Of a stretch of 64,000 nt of DNA, positions 48,613 to 59,111 are shown one piece after another. This stretch comes from an uncultured virus (IMG/VR IMGVR_UViG_3300003690_000005). Its lineage: Duplodnaviria; Heunggongvirae; Uroviricota; Caudoviricetes. Below the pieces are notes generated by a model. That model searched no databases. It was not told the DNA's origin and saw nothing but the letters and a program-made list of their open reading frames with translations. The stretch is from the IMG/VR virus record IMGVR_UViG_3300003690_000005. One strand, 5' to 3'. Position numbers and translations under genes: made by a program. Numbering within the stretch: position 1 is the stretch's first letter; each line of letters starts with the position of its first letter.

Positions 48613-49188
48613 ATGTATTACCAAGCAAAAACTGTAGAACCTGGGATTCCTAGAAAAGTACAGAAATGGCCTTTTGATTGGGATTTTCATATTTTAAATA
48701 CTTGTGAGTTTCATTTTGAAAATTCCAGACTTGAACTTGTAAATGGAGCTTCTTTTTGTAATTTTCTAGTACATTCTGAACAGAATTTTGAAGAATTAAG
48801 AAAAGAACTGAATGTATCTGGTATAGAAGTAAGGTTATTATTTAAAATTGATGAAGATACTTTTTATGCTTGTTTGTTAAAATATGCAGGAAAAAATAAA
48901 GTAGGAGTAGCTATATTTACTGTAAATTATGTAATTGATGAAACTTCTGAATTCCAGGATGTACAATATAATGATATTGTGAATCCAAGAGATGGTACTT
49001 TTCTTTTAGTACATACAGTTGCTTCTATACAGGGAAATTCAGCATATTTTTGTATAAGAGAGACAGAGAAAATAATTCTTGAACATTATGATAAATTTGA
49101 TAATGGAGGGGGAGAAAATGAGTCTCCAGATCCTGTAGATCCTAGTTTTTCTGATGGTATAGAATATACTGTACCTCTTTTACATTAA
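48613..49188 (+). CDS. Hypothetical protein
   Basis: AAAGG-N32-ATG upstream; 191 aa. Confidence 0.65.
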   Translation: MYYQAKTVEPGIPRKVQKWPFDWDFHILNTCEFHFENSRLELVNGASFCNFLVHSEQNFEELRKELNVSGIEVRLLFKIDEDTFYACLLKYAGKNKVGVAIFTVNYVIDETSEFQDVQYNDIVNPRDGTFLLVHTVASIQGNSAYFCIRETEKIILEHYDKFDNGGGENESPDPVDPSFSDGIEYTVPLLH

Positions 49189-49754
49189 CTGTTATGAGTT
49201 GGAAATGGGTAATTACTCCACTCAGCGAACCCTCCGCTGCGCTTTGCTTGCTCCACGCCCGCTTCATTTCGTAATTAGAAGATCGATCAGACTCCAAAGT
49301 CGTCTGATCGAGAAACAGAGGAAATAATCATTCGGATTAATTTCTGAATGTTTGTAAGATATCTAAAGTAATTAGATACTCATTTTTCTAAATCATAAAA
49401 CACCCTTCACGTCAAAAATTTAGAACGAGTGAAACTGAATTCTCGACGATTTTCTTTGTATACAGTAACAATAACAGAACTAAAGCTCATTAGTCAGACG
49501 AATACTTTAGCCCTGGCTGTGCAGAACATGGGGGCATAACCGACAGCAGCTAAGTCTACTGACTACTTACATACCGAACTTCGACTTGATATGTTTGTTT
49601 TACTGCTATTATTATCCCCGCAGTCAGCTTGGGGTTTGCATAGATAACTTTTTAAAGTTCCGTTACGTCTATGCTCGTAGATAATTTACAGACATAATAT
49701 CTTATTGATTATCACCTGTTTAAGGTACATCGGCTCTAAGACGATTTAAAGAAC

Positions 49755-50378
49755 ATGGCTAAATATGAAATTAAAAGTCCATTAACTGGTGAAAGCGAGA
49801 TTATATCAAAACATGCTCACTTTCTTTATCATATTATTCATGAGCGAAAGATAAAAAGAATAATGGAGGTTGGGCTGTGGAAGGCTCATCTGGCAACAGA
49901 AATACTAAGTAGTTCTTGTGGTCAGATTATTGAGCAATATTGGGGTATTGACCCATGGATGCCTATTCCAGATCAAAAATTAACTGATAGTAGAATAAGT
50001 AGGTTTGATCCAGATGGTTCTCTAGGCAGATGGGAAGAAGTCCATTGGTATTGCAGTCAACTTATGATTAAATTTCCACAATTACGTGTTTTAAGGATGG
50101 ATTCTATTAGTGCTGCAAAAATGTTTGAAAATCAAAAATATTTTGATTTAGTTTTTATTGACGGCTCACATGTTTATGAAAATGTTTTGGCTGATATTAA
50201 AGCCTGGATGCCTCTTGTAAAAGAAAATGGTGTATTGGGTGGACATGACTACATGAACGGCAGGGAACAACACAGAGGCGTTACAAGAGCAATTGACGAG
50301 GTGTTTACGAAGGACCAGATCACAAAAGGTAAAGACAGGACGTGGCACGTGAAAATGAGCGAATTAACAGCACTCTGA
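49755..50378 (+). CDS. Class I SAM-dependent methyltransferase (Methyltransf_24-like)
   Basis: MEVGLW, GIDPW, FDLVFIDGSH, GGHDY. Confidence 0.85.
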   Translation: MAKYEIKSPLTGESEIISKHAHFLYHIIHERKIKRIMEVGLWKAHLATEILSSSCGQIIEQYWGIDPWMPIPDQKLTDSRISRFDPDGSLGRWEEVHWYCSQLMIKFPQLRVLRMDSISAAKMFENQKYFDLVFIDGSHVYENVLADIKAWMPLVKENGVLGGHDYMNGREQHRGVTRAIDEVFTKDQITKGKDRTWHVKMSELTAL

Positions 50379-50636
50379 CCCGGCTCGTCCACCTCTTGTT
50401 CTTTTTTCTTCTAAATTAGTATAATCATCGATACTGGGTTCTGCTGGTAGGTCGTCTTCACACAAAAGTTTTGTACCTTTTTGGAGTCCTAATAGATATT
50501 TATAATGTTGAAAATCGGGATTAAAATCTGACCAATTCCCAGTTGGAGGTTTTCTTTTATTCTTTAATATATTGATTAAAGAATCTGGAAGGTGTCCTTT
50601 TGATGAGCAGCCTGGAGTTGAGGTTTTATGAGACAT
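50364..50636 (-). CDS. Hypothetical protein
   Basis: Directly downstream of 50642..51253. Confidence 0.5.
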   Translation of the reverse strand: MSHKTSTPGCSSKGHLPDSLINILKNKRKPPTGNWSDFNPDFQHYKYLLGLQKGTKLLCEDDLPAEPSIDDYTNLEEKRTRGGRAGSECC

Positions 50637-50641
50637 AAGTA

Positions 50642-51253
50642 TTATCCTAATCGTTTAGAGTTAATATCAAGTTTAGAAATATCTTCTTCTGACTCATACC
50701 ACCCTGACGGCATATCAGATATTTGTTTTGAATAATAATCATGGAATGTTTTATACCAATTTGTACGTTTATTATCAGAAGCATGTTTTATTTTTGCGAG
50801 GTTAAAGCCTGTTTGTTGTGATGCAAACTCTTCTGCTTCTTTTTTTAATGTATCTGATTCTGATTTATTAGAGAAAATTGGACCCCAGTGTAATAACTTT
50901 TTATCTTTTGATATAGCCCAAGGGTCTATTAGTGGTGATTTTAATTTACTTATTTCTTCACTAAAATGAATTGCTGCTGGATCAAATCCATTTTCTTCTA
51001 GTTCTTCTTTTGTATTATTGGTACTTATTGCTGTTTTATCTATTGATACAAGATCTTCTGAATGGAAATTTGTCTCCAGAAGTAAATCTACATCTTTTAT
51101 CCTATAATTAGGATTAGTAAAATTAGATGCATAAGACCCCCAGACGGAGATATTATTGACACCTTGTGTTTTTTTAAGATTAGCGACAATTTCGTTTAAA
51201 TAAGGTTTTATGTCTTTAATCTTTGGTAAGGATTTACTATACCAGTTTTGCAT
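50642..51253 (-). CDS. MQNWY-leader Pol-beta-family nucleotidyltransferase
   Basis: VWGSYA...KDVDLLL (hG[GS]...DhD). Confidence 0.7.
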   Translation of the reverse strand: MQNWYSKSLPKIKDIKPYLNEIVANLKKTQGVNNISVWGSYASNFTNPNYRIKDVDLLLETNFHSEDLVSIDKTAISTNNTKEELEENGFDPAAIHFSEEISKLKSPLIDPWAISKDKKLLHWGPIFSNKSESDTLKKEAEEFASQQTGFNLAKIKHASDNKRTNWYKTFHDYYSKQISDMPSGWYESEEDISKLDINSKRLG

Positions 51254-51816
51254 GCTGTTTTTTCGAGTTTAAGTTTTAGTTTTCCTTTATTGGAGTATAA
51301 ACATGGCAATAGAAATTGAATATTTTGAAGAACCTAAACGCATACGCAGGTTTTGTGTTGCTGTTAAAAATCGTGTTGCTTTATGGTGGGGTCAGTTGGA
51401 TTTGGATGGGGTAGAGTTGGTTTGTATGTGTTTATTAGTACCGAGTTTTGGGTTGTTGTGTTTCTTGCTGTTGTTAAAAATCGTGTTGTAGATTTCTGGG
51501 AATGGATGGTGGCATAAAGGATTTCGAGTGACTAATGACGATAGTATAATGTGAGTTGGCAACTATTTTTAAAGTTTTTTAAAGGACTTTTTCCCGATAA
51601 TACGTAAAGTACAATAGCTACCAAATAGTTTTGTTACTGAGTGTAAACTCGATAGCGTCAAGCGGTCAAAACCTACTAGCTTTTAAGTTAGAGGAACCGA
51701 CCGAACGGTAGGCTCAGCTAATCGATAGTGGCAAAGCTGGTATATTACATGAGCCTCCGTAAAAACAACCTGGTGACAAAACCAGTAATTATAAGTAGGT
51801 CGTCAGAGGACTAAAT

Positions 51817-52290
51817 ATGGACAATGAAGAGATTAATTCATATTTAAAGAATTTAATGGGGTCTGATAGCAACAATGATCGTAGAATTTTTAACGATTTG
51901 TTGATGCATTTTCAACTTATTACAAACATGTTTTTGGTGAAAGTTTTTCTTGATTCTCATGAGTCAGAAGATAGAGAAAATTTATTAAATTATTTTATTG
52001 AACATTGGAAAGAGAATTTAGAAACTAATATCTCTATAGGTTTACAGAAACATGAACTTACAGAAAAAGTGATGAAAACTTTTGCTGAGAAATATGGAAT
52101 TGACCCAGGAATCACATCGGCAACAGAAATTCATCAAATCATGGACGAAAATTTAGCATCCGTTGAGCAGGTAATTAGAAGTGTTTTATCCCCATCTCTT
52201 CTGACAGAACCGTGTGAAGAATATGAAGATGAAGAAGAAAATGAGGAATATAATGAAGAAGATGATGGTTTTGATGAATTTAGTGGTTAA
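51817..52290 (+). CDS. Hypothetical protein with an acidic tail
   Basis: GAGGA SD; 157 aa. Confidence 0.7.
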   Translation: MDNEEINSYLKNLMGSDSNNDRRIFNDLLMHFQLITNMFLVKVFLDSHESEDRENLLNYFIEHWKENLETNISIGLQKHELTEKVMKTFAEKYGIDPGITSATEIHQIMDENLASVEQVIRSVLSPSLLTEPCEEYEDEEENEEYNEEDDGFDEFSG

Positions 52291-52558
52291 TTCTACATAT
52301 CTTTCTCCAGAACGATTTGAAATATTTTAGTATATTTGTAAACTCGCCATTAAAAAGGAACAAATATACATGGATATGCATGATCTTTTCTTTGTTTTTA
52401 TTATATTTGGTTTGTTGTTTTTAGCTTTTTTACAAAATTGTTTTTATGGATGGAATTTATTGCCAAAGTCTAAAACAGAATTAATTTTAGATTGTGGACT
52501 TTGGGGAACAACTTTACTTATATTACTTTTTGTTGGTTTTATTAAATAGGATCTAAAG

Positions 52559-52891
52559 ATGCCTGCGCATTATCACGCTGGATGGGATTCTTTTTCTCCT
52601 GCTCCTGGTGAAAAAGAAAAGATGTCTTGTCATGTTTGTGGAGAGGATATGAAGGTTAATAGGAATATGAATGATCCCACGGGGTATGTAGAGTCTATAG
52701 CAAAAAGAGGTCATCCTCATGATAGTTTCTTTTGCAGACATGCTGGAGAAGCATGGCATAATCAAGTTTTGAGTATTAAAATATGTGCAGAAGAACATCC
52801 TTCTAAATCTGTGTCTGATATAATGTTAAAAGAAGCGGATCAAATAATACAAACAAGAGAACCTACAAAAGATCATTCTTTTTTATTATGA
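52559..52891 (+). CDS. Hypothetical Zn-binding protein
   Basis: CHVC...H..F.C. Confidence 0.6.
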   Translation: MPAHYHAGWDSFSPAPGEKEKMSCHVCGEDMKVNRNMNDPTGYVESIAKRGHPHDSFFCRHAGEAWHNQVLSIKICAEEHPSKSVSDIMLKEADQIIQTREPTKDHSFLL

Positions 52892-55411
52892 GCAGTTGCC
52901 AACGAGATATCCGCCATCTATTACAACAGATAAAACTTCTTCTGGTATAATTTCACCAAGAAAAGCTATACCAAATTCATCCCATGTCTCTCGGTTTGTT
53001 TTACCTATTAGCAAAATAGGATCGATACCAAAGTATTTATCAAAATTGTTTTTTCCGTCAGCTAGTTTGTTGAAGGTGTCGAGGTCAGGGATAGGGATAA
53101 AACTTACTTCTTGTTCTTCTCTGTATATACACTTACCATCTATGCATATCCTTGATGGGTAATACATGCTAAACAATTGACCTTTTTTCGGTCGTGGTTT
53201 ATGTGTTCCGTCAGGATCATCTGGGTGGATAATAACAGTGGTGAGTTGTAAATCACTTAATTTAGCAGATGGGTTTGAATCTCCAAATATAACATTATGT
53301 ATACTCACGTCGCTAAGAAATTGAGGGTTTTTGTGAGGGTTACTTGTCAAACCGGGGATTGCTCCACCTCCTACAATGTTTATGTTGTGTATGTTATCAA
53401 GTTTTGAATTAAATATTTCTGTGTTTGTTCTGACGGCACTTCGTATACCTCTCTCCCATCCTTTGATAATACAGTTCTCTACGGTGATATTTTGATAGGA
53501 AGAATTTCTGTTTATGCCTATTGAGTCTTCTCTCCAGCGTCCTATAAAGCGACAATTTTTAATATGTGTGTTAGCACCATATTTTAAAAGAACAGCTTGA
53601 TCATTTCCTACAAGTCCACTAGAAACAATAGGATTGTCGGGAGTTTTCCCATTTTTATTAATAAAATCACCTGTTCCCCACACAGTAAATTCTTCAATAG
53701 GGTTAAAAGTGTTTGCAGTTACTTCGTTTTGCAATGGGGCATGCAACATATTTCTTTGAAGATTTAATCCTGTAGCACAGGCAAAGGCTATGTTGCCTTT
53801 AAACTTTTTAATTCGCAGTTCGTTGCCTTTTACAAGTCCATCTTGTACTCTTATGCTTGGTGTTTGGCTAATATCTTGCCAGTCAATATTTACTACAGGG
53901 AAATTTACGAAATTTTGATTTAATACACCACGGTTTTCTAATGGTTTATCTGGCATTCCTCTTAGCCAGTATTGGAAAGCTGATTCTCTCATACTGCAAG
54001 CGATGTTGTTTTCAATTGCAACACCTGGTCCCTGCATGAAAAATCCGTGTCCTGAGTGCCCAAAGTCATCCATTAGTTGTCTTTTTTCATCGCCATCTCC
54101 TGATCCAACGCCTTTAATAGCAAGGCATTTGCTGATAGATCCGATTTCATTACCTATCTCGCAAGAGAATCCTGAACCTAAAACGTCATAAGACACGCAG
54201 TCTTCTATGATAACATTGGAATTGTGATTTACGTATCCCCAACCAGGACTACCAGCGACAACACATCCTATTACTTCGTTAGGGGCGATTGTTTTTAAAA
54301 TACCTGTTCTATGGAAGTGCATTGGGTATCTTGCTGCTTTATTTATATTTTCTGGGGTTGTTCGGGATGTGCCGTTTAGAGGATCGCTTAAGGGGATAGC
54401 CTTATTTGTTCTACCTATGTTATAAAAACCTACATTGTAGGATTTTACTGCTGGTTTGTGCATAAACATTACATGTCCACGATGTTGAATGTTTGTATTC
54501 TCGCTTGTAAATTGAATGTTTCTAGTTAAATTTGCAAGATATATTCTTAAATCAGGTTCGGGTGGAGTGTGGTTAAATTGCAGTGCAGGGCTAAAGTCAA
54601 TAACATTGCCATTAATACCAGTAATTGTAAGTTCTTCGTCTTCTGATATTATTTTTTTATTTACCATAATTAGTGGCGTAGTCCCAGTTAATACAAGATT
54701 ATCTCCTATCTTCCAGTTAACAGGGGCTATATTTAATGTTAATTGGGTATCATTTATATTGGCACTAGGCAATGAGACAAAAGGTGTTTTTACTGCCCCG
54801 TTCATTTCGGTGATTCCGTGAGATATCATACTTCTGCTAAGTACGTTTGGATCCCAGAGTAGTCTATCAGCGTCAAGAACTGAGCCATTATCAATAAACA
54901 ATATTTTTGCTGTAATGTTATCTGGGATAGGGTTGGTTGCAGTTCCTATATTTATTTTGCCCATTCCGTCAATAACCAATGTATCAACTTTTAATTCTGA
55001 GTCTTCGCTGGTGCTAAATGTTAGAACGCCGTCAACTCTCACTGTAAAAAGTCGTTCAGCTATCATTCCATCAACATTAATTGTAACTCCCATAGCAATA
55101 AGAACTTTAGAATCATCTATTGGGATACCATTAGCATCCCAAGACATTGGATCACTCCAATCTCCTGTGTTGATTGCGGTATGGGTTACATCTTCATGTT
55201 TTACTAAAGAAAATGTAGCCATATGCTCTTCTTGTTTTACTATATCACTTGGATGTGGAGGTGGATCGCTATCGTCGTGATCGTGATCGTGATCCATGTC
55301 CATGTCCATGTCCATGTCCATGTCCATGTCCATGTCCATGTCCATTGTATCTACAAGTTCATCATCTAATTCTTGGTCTTCTGTTTCGTTAGAAAGGGGT
55401 GTTTCTGACAC
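52886..55411 (-). CDS. G8-domain / right-handed beta-helix protein
   Basis: GDWSDP.SW G8 start; [21 protein letters not shown]; PbH-like repeats. Confidence 0.8.
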   Translation of the reverse strand: MSETPLSNETEDQELDDELVDTMDMDMDMDMDMDMDMDMDHDHDHDDSDPPPHPSDIVKQEEHMATFSLVKHEDVTHTAINTGDWSDPMSWDANGIPIDDSKVLIAMGVTINVDGMIAERLFTVRVDGVLTFSTSEDSELKVDTLVIDGMGKINIGTATNPIPDNITAKILFIDNGSVLDADRLLWDPNVLSRSMISHGITEMNGAVKTPFVSLPSANINDTQLTLNIAPVNWKIGDNLVLTGTTPLIMVNKKIISEDEELTITGINGNVIDFSPALQFNHTPPEPDLRIYLANLTRNIQFTSENTNIQHRGHVMFMHKPAVKSYNVGFYNIGRTNKAIPLSDPLNGTSRTTPENINKAARYPMHFHRTGILKTIAPNEVIGCVVAGSPGWGYVNHNSNVIIEDCVSYDVLGSGFSCEIGNEIGSISKCLAIKGVGSGDGDEKRQLMDDFGHSGHGFFMQGPGVAIENNIACSMRESAFQYWLRGMPDKPLENRGVLNQNFVNFPVVNIDWQDISQTPSIRVQDGLVKGNELRIKKFKGNIAFACATGLNLQRNMLHAPLQNEVTANTFNPIEEFTVWGTGDFINKNGKTPDNPIVSSGLVGNDQAVLLKYGANTHIKNCRFIGRWREDSIGINRNSSYQNITVENCIIKGWERGIRSAVRTNTEIFNSKLDNIHNINIVGGGAIPGLTSNPHKNPQFLSDVSIHNVIFGDSNPSAKLSDLQLTTVIIHPDDPDGTHKPRPKKGQLFSMYYPSRICIDGKCIYREEQEVSFIPIPDLDTFNKLADGKNNFDKYFGIDPILLIGKTNRETWDEFGIAFLGEIIPEEVLSVVIDGGYLVGNCS
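55275..55345. repeat. Hexanucleotide tandem repeats (TCGTGA)3 and (TCCATG)~9, encoding (MD)9(HD)3
   Basis: Read directly from the sequence. Confidence 0.95.
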
Positions 55412-55533
55412 CAGTATGTCTCCTGTGGCATTTGTGTTATATCTATATATATTAATATATACTGTCTTATTCCTTTAGAAATTTAAAAAAGGGAAGATAA
55501 GATATTTATTGGAATTACAATAACAAGATATGC

Positions 55534-56772
55534 TTGGACTTAGATGGATATGTAGATTTGAGCAAAAGTATAAAAAAAATATTAATTGTAGTGGGCAACG
55601 AGACAGACACACAACTGTTACGTACATATTTTTCTGCTATTGAAAATGAGACATATGATCTCTATGTATGTAAAACACTAAGAGATTTTATTGATCTTGA
55701 AACAAAAGATCAATTTGATGCAATATTGCTTGATGTAATATTGCCTGATTCTAGTGACATAATTAATACATTTGAAACTGCGAAATCGTTTGCTCCGAAT
55801 TGTCCTATTATCGTTATAACGGCTTATGATGATAAAAATATTGCAATACAGGCTTTAGGAAATGGTGCTCAAGACTATCTTTTAAAAGATTCTTTAAATC
55901 CAGATGTACTTGAAAGAACAATTAAATATGCTGTGATTAGGTTTGATTTACTAAAAGACATACAAACACAACACGAGCGGTTAGAATCTCTAAATAAAGA
56001 ATTAAGTGCTTTTGCTTATGTGGCTGCTCATGCACTAAAAGAGCCATTACGAACTGTTTCGAATTATATATCTATTTTTTCTGATAAAAACCAGGATATA
56101 GTTGACGCAGAAAGTTCTGCGTATATAGATAAGATATTGATTGCTAATCGGCATTTAAACGAATTAATTTCTGGTCTTCTAGAATATTCTAAAGTATCTA
56201 AACCGCAATACCATATAGTAAACATAAAACATGTGTGTGACGGGGTAATGTTGATGCTGAAAGACATCATAGAGGATAGTAGAGTTCTGATTTCGTGTAG
56301 CGATTTGAACCATAATATACTATGTGACCAGTTGCAATTAGCTCAGGTATTTCAGAATTTAATATTAAATGCTATTAAATTTCAAGATGTTACTCGTACT
56401 GTTGAGATTAATGTTTTGTTTGTAGAAAGACATAGTTATTATGAATTTTCTGTAAGTGATAACGGACAAGGTGTAGATAAAAAAGATTTCAAAAGTATTT
56501 TTTATATGTTTAATAAAGGCTCGCAAAGGTGTACAATGGGAAGTGGCATCGGCTTGTCTGTTTGTCGTAAAATTGTGGAAAGACATGGAGGTAAAATGTG
56601 GGTTGATTCTGAAAAAGGTGTTGGTAGTACTTTTTATTTTACAATCTCTAAGGAAATTATAAATGGAGATAATGGACATAATGGAAGATCGGAAATAGAG
56701 GATATGTTGCATGATGTGAAAAATGGAGTTCGTAATAAACAATATGAGAATGCTCTTGCTTTAGCCATTTGA
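55534..56772 (+). CDS. Hybrid receiver-histidine kinase
   Basis: ILLDVILPD receiver; AAHALKEPL H-box; NLILNAIKF, DNGQG and GSGIGL boxes. Confidence 0.9.
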   Translation: MDLDGYVDLSKSIKKILIVVGNETDTQLLRTYFSAIENETYDLYVCKTLRDFIDLETKDQFDAILLDVILPDSSDIINTFETAKSFAPNCPIIVITAYDDKNIAIQALGNGAQDYLLKDSLNPDVLERTIKYAVIRFDLLKDIQTQHERLESLNKELSAFAYVAAHALKEPLRTVSNYISIFSDKNQDIVDAESSAYIDKILIANRHLNELISGLLEYSKVSKPQYHIVNIKHVCDGVMLMLKDIIEDSRVLISCSDLNHNILCDQLQLAQVFQNLILNAIKFQDVTRTVEINVLFVERHSYYEFSVSDNGQGVDKKDFKSIFYMFNKGSQRCTMGSGIGLSVCRKIVERHGGKMWVDSEKGVGSTFYFTISKEIINGDNGHNGRSEIEDMLHDVKNGVRNKQYENALALAI

Positions 56773-57133
56773 CATACTCCCACAACTAAAGTACATGAGA
56801 TTCTAGGATACAAGCGAAAAATGCTTTTAACAACATTACATTGTTAAAAGACTGACAAGACAATGCCCTGTCTTGTTATCCTGAAGATCAGGATAAATTC
56901 TTGTCAGAGTTTTATTTCTTAAGGCTTCTCAGTATATTAAGTAAATGTTGTTTTACCAATCTTTTCACTATGATTTCTCTAAAAAACTGAGAGTAGCTAT
57001 TCAAACTTTTGCACCAGTGTTCTGTTTTTATCTGGCAACCAGTACTTGACTTGTCAAAGAACTAACTATATTATCGATATAAGAGTATGAATTTCTTTAA
57101 TATAATTTTACGAATAAATTCGTGGGTTTTCTT
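56769..57133 (-). mobile_element. IS200/IS605-family non-autonomous remnant, copy 2
   Basis: TTGACATACTCCCACAACTAAAGTACATGAGATTC, whose reverse complement resembles tnpB-type right ends; TACGAATAAATTCGTGGG hairpin at the other end. Confidence 0.65.
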
Positions 57134-57154
57134 GAAAAATAACTTATAAACAAT

Positions 57155-57226
57155 GTCGCCTTAGTTTAATGGCAGAATATCTCCCTTTCAAGGAGATGGT
57201 GGCGGGTTCAACTCCCCCAGGCGGCA
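57155..57226 (+). tRNA. tRNA-Glu(TTC)
   Basis: Acceptor GTCGCCT/AGGCGGC; anticodon arm TCTCC-CTTTCAA-GGAGA; GTTCAAC T-loop. Confidence 0.8.
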
Positions 57227-57248
57227 TTTTTTTTTGAAAGGATTAGAT

Positions 57249-57929
57249 ATGTCACAAGTTTTAGAATTCCTGACCCCGACAAATGGTATTGATATCGCAG
57301 AAGAAATCATATATAGATTAACCGAAGAGGCAACTCCAGAAAATATGCACTGTGAATATGATGTATCACATGGCAGAGTTGTAGGGTCAAGTGCAAACAC
57401 TTGGTTTGTCTTTGATACCGTAGATGGTGAAATTATAGATGAATTTAAAACGAATATTTTTTCTTTTAATTTAACAGATGAAGAAAAAGAGGCAGTTAAT
57501 AAATTTAAAAATGATATTATTCAATATATCAAGGATACTGGGATAGATGCTATTAGAGGGAAAATAAGAGAAGTGTTAATTCCTGATAGCGATCCAGACA
57601 TGATGCCTTTACATGAGATTAGGATAACGGATGTAGAAATTGTTGATTATTCTTCAGTTCCTTTTTATCATAGGTTTTTAATAAAATTGAAGAAGATACA
57701 AGGGACGAACATTGATACTGAAGCAGTTATAAGAATGCTTGCCGATTATCAAGAAGATACAGGTGAAAAAGACATGGATAAAGCTTTTAAAGCATTAAAA
57801 GATAAGCCTGAATTTGAAGGAGTTTTAGGTGTTGTTCAAGGAGAGAAATTTTTGAATGATGTGAGCATAGCGATATTTGTTGATTATTCTTTCTCTGAAA
57901 CAATCCTTGAAGCAATACAATCGAATTGA
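57249..57929 (+). CDS. Hypothetical protein
   Basis: AAGGA SD before MSQVLE. Confidence 0.7.
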   Translation: MSQVLEFLTPTNGIDIAEEIIYRLTEEATPENMHCEYDVSHGRVVGSSANTWFVFDTVDGEIIDEFKTNIFSFNLTDEEKEAVNKFKNDIIQYIKDTGIDAIRGKIREVLIPDSDPDMMPLHEIRITDVEIVDYSSVPFYHRFLIKLKKIQGTNIDTEAVIRMLADYQEDTGEKDMDKAFKALKDKPEFEGVLGVVQGEKFLNDVSIAIFVDYSFSETILEAIQSN

Positions 57930-58058
57930 AATTTCTTCTCCAGAATTAAAATATCTGTTTTAACACAGCAGCGATGGTGAAATCGGTATCACATAATGAT
58001 TTATTTTAACGAAAAGGTGACTCCTATGTAGGATACTACACTTACATAGGAGTTAAAA

Positions 58059-58481
58059 ATGAGTTATAGCGCGTTGCGTCAGCCTCACACGACGCAAGAG
58101 AAACGTATGTGGTTTGCTTCTTTAGACGAAGCAGGTTGCAACTTATCTCGTGCCCGCAGAAGCCCAAGAAATTTAGCCGATGCTTGGGATGATATTGGTC
58201 GTAGTTCTCATAATTGTTGGAAACAGCACAGAAAAACACAATATCGTGTGAAAGATGCTTTCTCCAGAAGAAAAAAAGATAGTTCTATATATGGTGAGTC
58301 GATGAGCCGTAGAGATCACTGGCATCTTGAACATTACCGTTGTGAGTACAAGAGATGTAAGTCGTGCATAAAAAGTGGTATTTGGAATGATTACGATAAG
58401 CAATTTGCTCGTCGAATGAAGAAAAAAGAGCCGCTTATTGTAGAGTATTATTGGAATTTTTTGAATGGTCTCGTGGTGTAA
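58059..58481 (+). CDS. Conserved basic phage protein
   Basis: RQPHTTQEKR..RARR..LADAWDD..WK..RKTQY; SD lies inside the hairpin at 58021-58051. Confidence 0.65.
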   Translation: MSYSALRQPHTTQEKRMWFASLDEAGCNLSRARRSPRNLADAWDDIGRSSHNCWKQHRKTQYRVKDAFSRRKKDSSIYGESMSRRDHWHLEHYRCEYKRCKSCIKSGIWNDYDKQFARRMKKKEPLIVEYYWNFLNGLVV

Positions 58482-58539
58482 TTTGGTAGCATGACAGATT
58501 GTCTATCTGTTGGTGCCGATTCGATTTAGGTCGAGATCG
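58467..58539 (+). tRNA. tRNA-Asp(GTC), imperfect T-stem
   Basis: GGTCTCG/CGAGATC acceptor; ACAGA-TTGTCTA-TCTGT anticodon arm; TTCGA loop. Confidence 0.7.
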
Positions 58540-58559
58540 TTTAGTTATAGGTTGAAACA

Positions 58560-58856
58560 ATGGAAGACGAACTAAAAGATAATTGGGAAAAGTGGTGTAA
58601 AAACCCTGAATTTACACATCTTGATCTAGGTGTATGGGGCAAAACAGGACACAATGATGGTGGTTTTAAGATTCTGTGGGGCATAGAGGGTATCGGTTTT
58701 GGAGAACTTGTATTTGTTAAAAAAGGTGATAAGGTAGAATGTGACAACGAAACAATGAGTGAAAAATTTTGTAGTATTGTTTTAGAGCAATTTTTAAAGA
58801 AAACGTTTTTCAGGAACGAAGTTCCAGACCACAAACTGACTGTAGAGGAAAAATAA
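58560..58856 (+). CDS. Hypothetical protein
   Basis: In operon with the ligase. Confidence 0.65.
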   Translation: MEDELKDNWEKWCKNPEFTHLDLGVWGKTGHNDGGFKILWGIEGIGFGELVFVKKGDKVECDNETMSEKFCSIVLEQFLKKTFFRNEVPDHKLTVEEK

Positions 58857-59111
58857 ATGGCTAAAAGTATGACAAAAAAGACTGAAGATAAGGTTGCGTT
58901 TACCACTCCAAGCCGGTATGGTTCTCATGCTGCTATGATTGATAACGAACAAACAGAACAATTAAAAGATAAAAACCTTGTAGTTCTCAAAGACGACGCT
59001 GGTTCTTATGTTACAGAACGCAAAAGATTAGATTCAGGTGGAGCAGATCCAAACCGTTACTCTTTACAAGAAACTAGAATATATTCTCTAGAAAAAGCTC
59101 TCAATGGCTAA
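58857..59111 (+). CDS. Hypothetical protein
   Basis: Overlaps the ligase start. Confidence 0.65.
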   Translation: MAKSMTKKTEDKVAFTTPSRYGSHAAMIDNEQTEQLKDKNLVVLKDDAGSYVTERKRLDSGGADPNRYSLQETRIYSLEKALNG

